Part shown: piece by piece, positions 1-15,700 of the stretch | Layout of the letters: each line of letters begins with the position of its first letter | How positions within the stretch are numbered: the first letter of the stretch is position 1 | Source: Macrostomum lignano | Taxonomy: Eukaryota | Length of the DNA: 64,000 nt | Assembly: GCA_002269645.1 (NCBI GenBank) | Contig: NIVC01000199.1 | Location: forward strand, 620,001 to 684,000 | Direction of reading: 5' to 3' | Position numbers and translations under genes: made by a program | The notes under the pieces: generated by a model | What the model was told of the DNA's origin: nothing | Seen by the model: the letters and a program-made list of their open reading frames with translations, nothing else | Databases searched by the model: none

Positions 1-1748
1 GGTGTTCGTCTGTCTGATCATCTACAGGCTGAGCGTGAAACTGTGCGCCTGCTGCAAGCCCAGCCCGGAGGAGCTGAAGAAGAACGCCCTGACCCAGTCA
101 GCTATCGATCAGCATAATCAAAGTTTAAGAGGCTCCAAGCCGCCGAGTGTTTATGCGCCAAGTGTTCGGTCGTATGCTCAGTCTCAGATTAGTCAGAGCG
201 TGCCGGACCTGTATCCGGTACGGGGACTTGCTTACATGCTAATTGCTTTTGTGATAATTGCTCACAGTCTCATTGGGAATATTTGGGGCTCACACAGACT
301 CTCATTGGGAATATCTGGGGCTCACACAGACTCTCATTGGGAATATTTAGGGCTCACACAGACTCTCATTGGGAATATTTAGGGCTCACACAGACTCTCA
401 TTGGGAATATTTAGGGCTCACACAGACTCTCATTGGGAATATCTGGGGCTCACACAGACTCTCATTGGGAATATCTGGGGCTCACACAGACTCTCATTGG
501 GAATATCTGGGGCTCACACAGACTCTCATTGGGAATATTTAGGGCTTACACAGACTCTCATTGGGAATATTTAGGGCTGACACAGACTCTCATTGGGAAT
601 ATTTAGGGCTCACACAGACTCTCATTTGGAATATTTAGGGCTCACACAGACTCTCATTGGGAATATCTGGGGCTCACACAGACTCTCATTGGGAATATCT
701 GGGACTCACACAGACTCTCATTGGGAATATCTGGGACTCACGCACTGTCTCATTGGGGAAATATTCACAGATACTAAAATATCTAGATGGGCCACTCTAG
801 TTATTCTAGTCTAGTATATATTCTAGTTATATTATTCTCACCACTTGCGTGTAAGCTACTTTCAGTTCAGTAGTAGGTTAGACAGAAGCATTTTAATGTA
901 CTTTTAAAGCCAAGACATTCATTGGCTCTTACCCCCCCACTAGCTTAAACCCTCCAACCGCGCCTTTCCCACTACCCACTCGCCCCAATTTTTATTGCCT
1001 TTCTCGGAATTCCAGCCTAAAGCTGCCATGTACATTTCAGTGGACTGGCCAATGTACATTCTGGCTAAACCAATTAGCAAGTCGTTTACGCCTGCAAGCT
1101 TGGGCTTCTAAACTTATCAAGGCTATTTCAGCTGCCTTTAATTTTATAAAATAGCTTATCTACTCGCATTCTTCTATGCTACTGAACTGAAAGTAGAAAG
1201 CTGCTTTACTAAGTATGTGTGCCTGAGTGGCCCATCTAGTTATTGTAGTATCTGTGATAATATTTGGGACTCACACAGCTGATCTTTGAAACTCGAAGCA
1301 ACGATCCCAGCTCAAGCCAGACTCGCGCTAAATCTCCCCGCCCCCGCAGCCCCGGGCGCCCAGCCAGTCGGCCAGCCAGTACCTGTACGACCCGAGGGCC
1401 TCCGGCGCTTCGCCAATGCCCCCGCCCCAGCCGCAGCAGCAGCCGCCGCAGCCGCAGAGGCAGCCGATGCCTCAGGCCAAGCCTCGCAGCTCCGTGGCAA
1501 CCAGCAGCCTGGCCGATCTGCCGCTGTCTAGGAATCAGCCGCCGCCAGCGCCGAAGCCTCCGCCGCCGCCGCAGGCGCTGCAAGCTCAGCCGATCTTGAC
1601 TTCGAAGCCGCAGAATCGCAAGCCGCAGCAGCAGGCTCAGCAACAGCAGCGGCCGCCGCCGCAGCAGCTGGCCTCCCAGCGGGTCAGCCGGCCAACATCC
1701 GGCTACCGACAGCGCTCCAGTTCTGGCAAGAGAGTTCCTCGGAATTAG
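1..1748 (+). CDS. 3' end of a membrane protein gene with a Pro/Gln/Ser-rich cytoplasmic tail (5' partial)
   Basis: Exons <1-217 and 1350-1748. Donor CCG|gtacgg (phase 0). Acceptor ccccgcag|CCC (phase 0), with an upstream ctaaat branch-like motif and an in-frame stop just before it. Starts with hydrophobic VFVCLIIYRL then a Cys cluster (CACCK). Family not recognised. Confidence 0.7.
268..765. repeat. Intronic minisatellite, 32-bp unit (ctcattgggaatatytrgggctcacacagact), ~15 copies
   Basis: Period read directly (301, 333, ...). A solo degenerate unit occurs at ~1259-1280. Confidence 0.95.
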
Positions 1749-1829
1749 TAACGCGACGAAATATTGGGGTTAGCTGAGGCGAGAGAGGCATGCTGGTGGC
1801 ACAGTTATATCCTCCCACATCCAGCACCA

Positions 1830-2020
1830 ATGCTGAGCCATGTAGTAGCTGAGGTATGTACACTCTCTGTGCCTTTGCGGTTGGCCCTCACATGGCTGTC
1901 TGTGAATAGCCCACCAACCCCCCTGAGTCAGTTTTTCGTGTACACACAAGCCCCAGATGTGACCGCGCACCGATTCGAACCAAGGACCGCATAGCTGCCC
2001 TCTGCACCAGTCTTAACAAA
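1830..2020 (-). mobile_element. Probable tRNA-derived SINE fragment
   Basis: Minus strand has a B-box-like GGTTCGAATC downstream of a tRNA-like segment; no complete cloverleaf. Confidence 0.35.
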
Positions 2021-2107
2021 TGCTGCAGTGTATTAACTGTACCACCTGTGTCGGAAAGTACAGATTGAGACATTCTACATGTAGGTGTTTATTTAGTTTA
2101 ATAACTA

Positions 2108-3320
2108 CCTTAGTGCGTCCAAAGGGTTCTTGGACACCCCTCCTATCTCTGCATCTGTTCAATCGATTATTATAAAAATTTACACAAACCTGGGCTTATA
2201 TCTAATGAGTTCAGTGCTAAATTTTCAGCTTGATCGGGTTGACAGAGCGGAAGCAATCGATCATTTACTGAGGAACCTAGTATTAGCAATACGATTTTTG
2301 AAAAGCATAAAATCTGGACTTCTGTGGTGACATTTGCAGCTCATTTTAAAAAAAAATTAATCAAAATATTACTGCTTTCGCTGAGTATTGATCAATACCT
2401 TAATTGATTTAATATTGGTTTTGTCAGCCTAACTGAGAATAAAGCCATCCAAAGTGAGAATCCTGCCTACGCTGACTGCGAAGGGCCTGGCTGCGTGCAG
2501 CCTTAGTCTATGGGCCATAGACAATAAAGGACAAGCAAAGTGATAAAAAGCCATCCAATGTGAGAATCCTGCCTACGCTGAATACGAAGGGCCTAGCTGC
2601 GTCCAGCCTAGTCTATGAGCCATAGACTATAAAGGATAAGCTAGGATTGGCTAGCGCTAGTCATATGGCTCAGAAGCTCAGAAGGTATAAAAATAAAAGA
2701 ATACGACGCATAGACCAATCGATTCTCACATTGGATGGCTTTTTATCACTTTGCTTGTCCTTTATTGTCTATGGCCCATAGACTAATGCTGCGCGCAGCC
2801 GGGCCCTTCGCGGTCGGCGTGGGCAGGATTCTCACTTTGGATGGCTTTGTTCTCAGTTAGGCTGACAAAAGCAATACTAATACAAGCTGTGAAGGTTGTG
2901 AAGGTTTAGCCATAGATTAAAGAGCAAAAAAAGAACAAAGCAGTAAGCAGCATAGCCAGATTCAGATGCTGAGACGCGGAACCAGCCTCAGGTGGTTTAA
3001 CAGCAAAAGAATCGCTTGCTTGAAAAGTCTTGAAAAGATTTTCACGATTGCTGATCTGTTTTTTGAAGTTCTGGAACTCGTCAGTTTGAACTGTTTGCTC
3101 GTTAAATTTTGCACTTTGTTGAGTTCAAAATCGTATTGCTGATTTCCTAGGTTCCTCAGTAAATGATCGATTGCTTTAGCTCTGCCAACCCGATTGAGCT
3201 GAAACTTTAGCACTGAACTCATTACATATTGGTCCATGTTTGTGTAAATTTTTATAAAAAATCTATTGAACAGATGCAGAGATAGGAGGGGTGTCTAAGA
3301 ACTTTTTGGACGCACTAAGG
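2108..3320. mobile_element. Non-autonomous foldback/MITE-like DNA transposon with long TIRs and TA target duplication (Tc1/mariner-type TSD)
   Basis: TA|CCTTAGTGCGTCCAAA...TTTGGACGCACTAAGG|TA. About 175-bp imperfect TIRs (2108-2280 vs 3149-3320) and a second inner inverted pair (~2410-2568 vs ~2720-2880). No transposase ORF. Confidence 0.85.
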
Positions 3321-4879
3321 TACATGTACATGTACACGTGTTTTTACTTCATTGTTAAACCATTTTCGATCATTAGTGACGAGTCTGCAACAGGAAAGCT
3401 ATTATAAAATATTAAAAGTTGAGCTTAGAGCTTTGTCAGGCATGTTCTACTAATTATTATGTACTTTATATATCCTAAAATATTTATTGAAAAAGGAAAA
3501 TTTCGTTTCATAATGAATCTGAATGTTTCAGTAATGATTTTATTATAGCTTTTTATTTCGATGTAAAGATATGCATCGGGTGTTTTTTTGTTAATTGTCC
3601 GCTACATTTCATAGCTTTAGTCTTTTTGACTGCTTTTATAATTATTATCAATAGTTTGTTTCCCTGTCTGAGTTTTTGTTAATTTCTTGTGAATAGAAAA
3701 TGTACAACACTAAACTGTAGCATTGTACATTGTTGCATACCTGTGCAGGAACAACTTAATTTTTTTTTAAACATTTATCACTAAGACATTCCATTTTCAA
3801 ATCAACATTAAAATTTGTTTTATTTCTACTAATTTTTATTGGTATACGAGTACAAAATGAAACCGTGAATTTTATAAATCGTTAGCATTGCCGTTGTTTT
3901 AATTAATGCGCAGACGGATTATTTGTTTTAACGTGTTTATATTTAAATTCTATAAAACTGTAACAACATTCCATTTATTGATTAAATGTTTTTGTGTACG
4001 TAAGCCACTTGAAAACAGCGTTTGCATTGCTGTATGGGATTTAAATTTTGTTATTTGTAGACAACGCCAAGAAAGTGTTTTAGTGATCTGGATATGTTTT
4101 TTATTTAATTTTCGTGTTTAAACAATATATAGATTTTACGCACCAATTCAAAAGATCAGTGAATAAGAAATTACAGAAGTGTATTGCTAATCAATGGATT
4201 AATGAAAATGTCAAAAAAGAATTAAAATGGTTGCTTTGATTTTAAAGGATAAAGTGCCACACAATTTAAAAAAGGTAAGCCTTCACAGCGTATATATTTA
4301 TCTTTATTAGTCAAGATCAAGATCAATAAATTCAAGCAACTACCAAGAGGTGCTGATTTAAAAACTCTGAATTACGTAATTAATTAAAAGGAAAACACAA
4401 CAGAAAAAATCGACACTGTTTATTTATTCAAGCTTTAAAGATATGAGACTAAAAACTAATTTTAAAAGTTCTGAACTATAGAATAGTTTATTTATTGTAC
4501 AACAGAAAAGCATGCGATTAATATAAATTAAACAATTATACCAATAACATTAAGGACAATTTAGGCAGGGTTAGAATTGATAATAAAATAAAAGCTGATA
4601 AATAAGTCACTGAATATATATGCGCTCGTGGGTCGTAAAACAATAAGTATGCAAAACTTCGAAAACTACTGTTTAAAATTTTATACACGTTATTTACATG
4701 AAATAAAATGAACATATTCAGTTTGTTTAATTGTTGCAACTTCAAGTATACGAAATATAATAACTCTGAACTTTGTTACGCAAGTTGATTTGAGTACATC
4801 TTTTATAATGAGTAGCCCAAATGAAAAGTTAACTACTTTAAATAGTTAATTAATAGAACATTTAGTATGCAGTTTCAGT

Positions 4880-10175
<5,296 letters not shown>

Positions 10176-10838
10176 TGTGTTTCAGCTGAGCGAGAAGAAA
10201 AAGAACAATGAATTTCTGTTTAAACTGTTAAAACTGAAAACTCTATGTTGATTGTAATTTGTTGCACAACAAAGCGAAATAGTTTCTCCCTTTCTTCTTC
10301 TACTAAAAATATATAGAAAAGATAAAGTTGAAAATAATGTAAATAATATCACAAAATTGTACAAAAAAATTAAAGATGACGTACTGATGTAACTGAGTTC
10401 TTTTATTAATATTTGATTTTTAATTTATTGACTTGCGTATATTAAAAAGAAACTTAGTTTTAGTCTTAGTTATACTGTACATACTAAAAAAGCCGGAACA
10501 ACTAACGAGCTATAGTCTCAATGTATGGATGAAGAAATTTATTTAATGAGCCATCTGCCGCACTAGTGAATATACCAAAAAACGACAAAACGGAAATTAC
10601 GCTCGTATAATTAATGGGTCTGTTTCTGTGAAGTTAAAGTAGTAATAATTGTACCGTTGTACAATATGTTGATGGCGCAGAGAGCTGAAGAGACTAATCG
10701 AGGAGGCCACCCAACACCATTTAGAGGGGAACTTCATCTCTGTTACTACGTTACAATGCATGTAAAAGCGCAAAAGATACATGTACATTTATAAACGATC
10801 ATGTACATCTTCACAAATTAGCCTATTTCACGCCTTCT

Positions 10839-11385
10839 TCACGGATGATCGTCCACATAATTCAGAAAGGTATCGAGCTGTCCTGTCAACTGCAGTGTAA
10901 AACTTGAATCGTTTGTAATTAATTCCTGCAACATCGCACATCCTAGCGAAGATCGGCGAAGATCGATGCAGACCTGCATTCGTTCAGCGCGTCTTCGTTT
11001 CAGGCCGAGCAGCGCATCGCAAAAGCTGGTCTCTGCATGAGCGACAAACTCTCACCGCGAGAGATGGATAACAATTCTTTTTACAAAAAACTTACATTTA
11101 GCGTCTTTTTCCCATTCGACTTACCTTCAAGATTGCGCCTACAGAACCCACTCTGGGTACATACCATACATGTACATGGCTGCATGTATCTTTTTGGTGG
11201 GCTGGCATATGGTACCTGTATGCGGTCTGACGTCGAGCGCTAATGTCCAGCGCGTGGCACGTGGCCTATCTCTAATCAAGGCAAGCGCAACAATGGCCCG
11301 TCTTGACGCACCATTCCAGAAACTTACATGGGACTGCAGGGCCATTGTTTAATCCGGGATCGATGGCGACGTCGACGTCCTCCAT
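10839..11385 (-). CDS. Putative 3-exon orphan gene, 117 aa, with a small Cys cluster (PCTCMVCTQSGFC)
   Basis: Exons 11328-11385, 11125-11226, 10839-11032. Both donors are gtaagt, both introns phase 1, and the joined frame is open for 354 nt. The intron 1 acceptor is weak. No homology recognised. Confidence 0.45.
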
Positions 11386-12779
11386 GGTTGTAAATTCATA
11401 CTCCGGCTGGATTGAAACGATCCATATATGTAGAAACCGGATCTCTCTACTTCAGTTATCACCGCACTTCTCACAATATTCACACGCTTTCGGTGTTCCA
11501 GAATTGCGATCGAACCGATGGTCCTGTATGACGCCAGAGGCGGCCCCCACTGGCTTCCCCGATTCCTGAAAGCGCTCAAATAATATGAACGCGTGTTCTC
11601 TGCTCTAATGTCTATGGCAATTCATTATACAGTTTAATTGGAGCCAAGTCTTGTCTTGTTAAGCTGTCAGTCGCTACTAAACTACTTTTGAGTCTTGTCG
11701 ATGTGTGACAGTGTGATTCGTAGAAGCGTGTGCCGTATTTCTTTATTTTCATATGCATACCATGCTACTACTGTATTCTTTCATTTATTTTAACAATATT
11801 CGTACGTATTATTATCGCGCTATTTTTACTGTTAATTGCTTTGTTTTTGTAGCCTCGTATGTATTTATTCTATTATTTGTATTTCATTCATATCGTTATT
11901 ATTTCTCGTAAAGTAGTTCTACCTATGTACATGTACTGACGTATGTTATTCTTGCATGATATATTTATCGATTAATTTGTACATGTACATTGCGCGCCGC
12001 GTGGGGGGGTTTGTCTGGGTTTTGGATTAGGGGTGCTGTTGTTTGTTATCTGTTTACCTTACCAATTAAATATACGCTTGCAGTCAGCCGCCGCTCTCTC
12101 CCTGCTCTCCTGGGTTTTCGCTCCGCTTCTCGCGGGCCCCTCAGCTGTCGCATTCAATTGCTGTAGTCGCACTAAAATTAAGCAGCTACCAATCCAAACC
12201 TAACCTTCAATTCAAAATACTAAGTCTGCAAATTACGCTAAGGGAAGTCGGCTGCTGGCTCTATAGATTATAAAATTTAACCGCTACACAAACCGTACGT
12301 CTTCCCGCCTTTATTCGTCACAGATAGGCGATAGAGCTCGCACTTTTTGAAATCCACTCCCTGAATTTACGTGTCACATCAAAAATGATTTGACTGCCTC
12401 GTAACATCTATTAATGTACGTCTTAATAAAAGTATAGGCTTCAGAAATTACACGAATGTAAGCTACTATACATGCATGTAATATAAATTAAATGCACAAA
12501 TTATAAGTGGCATTACACACTTTAAACTCGATACATTATGATGGGCTTATCTGTGTATGTTATAGTCAACAATGAACAAATCATTTCACATGGTGTATAT
12601 TCTCCATTTCTCCTTAAATATTTAATAGTTAGGAAACCCTTTCATTAGTAACAGAATTTCCCAACTGTATTTGCTTGAACAAATTTACGGGTTTTTGTAT
12701 CAATTATTCAGAATAGTAGCAAGTTCTGACGGCAAAACTCAGCAGGTATTCATCAACTCAGAGCTTTGCTGATGCCAAA

Positions 12780-15700
12780 TCAATTGGTTCCAGAGCGCAC
12801 CAGGTGTCTGGCCAGCAGCGGATACTCGTCTCGCGTCAGCAGCAGATCAATCTGGAACAGGTGGCTGACATCGTTGGCCAGGAAGTAGCCTAGAAATTTT
12901 CTCTTGCTGTCGCGGTCCGATTTAGGTATTTGAGACAGGCTCAGCGCCGCTGGAGGCTTGATCAGCACGTCGGCGAAAGTGTCAGCTTGGCGGGTATGAA
13001 CAAGGTGGTTTGGATGGCCAAAATCTCTGCTTTATCTTATTAAGTAATAATGAATCATAACTGATTACATACACCTGCCCCAATGGGCAAATGTGCAACC
13101 GACAGCTCAGCTGAAGGCTGCGTACCGCTGTTCAGTCCAAGGACTGAGGGAGGGGGGTTGCCACACACCCTCAATTATCCCAGCTAATGCTGGCAATTAT
13201 TTTACAGGTGAACTAAAGCAATGCAGAGTTAAGCGTCTTGCTCAAGGACACGAATTGTTTCGGGTTGGGTCGAGAATTGAACCCCCGACCTTTCAGTCGG
13301 GAAACCGACGCTCTATATAAACCACTAGGCTGCAACGCCTAATATATTTACATGTAATGACTATATGTCTACATGTACTATCACATTTACAAGCTCCTTA
13401 ACTCACCAAAGAGTGGCAGATCAGTGTCATTCTCGGAGCTATGGGAATGCACCAGCTTCAGGAATGTGATCAAATAGACGAACACGTTTGCATTGATCTC
13501 GGGAAGGCAGTTGTAAATCTGGAGGAAATTCATTGATATCCTAAACTGTGCAATGTGTACATTCATTAAATACATGCCTTTGTTAGCAATTTAGCAGATC
13601 AATGCGACATTCACTCGCAGCTAAAGAGGAGGCAAGGAGTCATGCCCATTCCATTCTACCGACCCACATCAATCAAACTTTGTGGGTTACTTAACTGATC
13701 CGAGTGTGATTGAATATACAAATCAGTTTTGGCTTTTACTAAGGGCGACCAAAAGTGAACATCGATCACGCACCTCAAGTGAGTTCTTGAAACTTTTCGA
13801 CGCGTCCATAATAGTGGAGTAAAGCTGTGACGGAAACAGACTGTCGGGCAGGCAGTCGAAGAACAGCACAATCGCTTCCAGTATTGAGTAGGCGCTCACG
13901 CTCGAGATGCGACTCTCGGCATTCCACGACTCGACATTGTCCAACAGCCAGCGAATCTCTTGCAGATCTCTATGATAGCCACCGCGTCTGAACAGGTCCG
14001 GCTTCTTTAAACAGCTCCTGCGCGCCGTTTCAACCAGTATTTTGAGCTCTTTGGGAATTAGGAAACGATGCATCGGGGATGTTTGAGCAGTTCTAGACGG
14101 GAGCGCGTAGAATCGGTACTTGGCGCTCAGAGCGTGGCTTGGCGAGAGGCGAAAGCTGTTGCCGCATCCAGCAGCGTCGTCCATGATGCCTCCAATGGCC
14201 GGCTGACGCTGGTCGGTGGCCTTCATCGGAGCATTGTTGACAGGATTTTGTGCCTGCCGCTGTTGCTGCTGCGGTACCTGCTGATTTTCCTGCTGCTGTT
14301 TGTCTTGCTGCTGCTGCTGACTTGATGGCTGAGCTTGCTGCTGAACTGATTGGCCTTGATGCTTGTTCGGCGGCTGTTGATGCACCTGCTGTTGCTGCTG
14401 CTGTTGCAGCAATTGTTGCAGGGTGTCGGCCTGAGCAAATCTGCCCACTGGCTGGGCCAGCTGCACCAGCTCGTTCAGCGGCATGCCGTAGCAACTACGT
14501 CGATAGGCAATTCGAGGCTTAACAGTGTAATCGCCGCCCGTCATCACGTGAATGACGAGATGCTGCGTCAAGCAGGACGGATCGCGCAATACCTGCACAT
14601 TGACTGTCTGCTTGAGCTTGATCAGCTGCACCCCGCCAGGAGGTATGATTCCATTTTGCGGCTGAATACGCATTCCGGGCGGTCCGTAGCGCATCGTGTC
14701 GTAGCAGGGGACGAAGCACCACTCGGCCGGCAGCATGCCGGGGTTTCGGAGCACAACAACGCCGTAGGCTTTCTCTAGGAAACTAACGGAACGATCAAAG
14801 TCAACCACTTGGTTGTCAATCACAACTCGAGGCATGTAGACGTCGCGAAGCATTACGGTTTCAAGGAGGACCTTCTCTGCTTCGGTGTCGAAGCAGATGC
14901 TGTTGCGGCCGCTGCGCTGTAATGCGTTTCGGGTGCACAGGTGTCAATTTGGTTGATATGCTAGTGACTACAGAGGGCTTATAAAGCAGCAAAATCTACT
15001 TTAGCAACGTTGTATCCAAAGGGTTGTACATGTACAAGTGATTAGAGCTTCAGACTCGCGACTGAAAGGTCCGGGGTTCGATTCTCGTCCCTCTCGGAAC
15101 AAGTTGTGTCCCTGAGCAAGACACCCATTTAAAATTGGTGCCAGTACTAGCTCGAACCCCCCCCCCAGTCCCTGGACTGAACAGCCGTACGCAACCTTCA
15201 TATGCGCCGCGCAATAGCTGCAGCTGGGCTGTCGAATGCACGTCTGCCCATTAGCATGTGCACAAACATGTGTTGCATTAGTTGGCATCAAATTTCCAAG
15301 ATATTATTAAGAGGGTAGTAAAGCTAAAATTCTCCTGTAACCATTAAACTGTACGTAAGTCACCAAGATCAAGCCCAGCTTTCTCAGCCAATCAACAACT
15401 CACCACTATGGTGAACGCGGAAGTAAGCGACAAGTACTTCTGGGTGCAATTGTGCCTCGCGTATCTGGTCTCAAGTTTCGGATAGGGGCTGTTATCAACA
15501 GAGTCAACGCGTACAAAAGCTTTAGCATTGCGTACAAATTTCATTGAATGATTCATAGCGTCCATGTTAGTGAGTTCGCGCGGCGTTTTCAGTTTCACTT
15601 CCATGAACCGTTTGTCAGACGGCATGTCGTTCCGATCGGTCATGAGGCCTCGCTGCATCGTGGACTGGATAGAATGAATTAATCAGGGTAAGTGCGGTGA

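Noticed and set aside
1236-1643. Overlapping alternative-frame and antisense ORFs, also at 14.0-14.8 and 23.0-23.4 kb
   Set aside because: GC-rich shadows of real exons.
13230-13335. tRNA gene
   Set aside because: A/B boxes are present but there is no complete cloverleaf, and it continues into a SINE body found three times.
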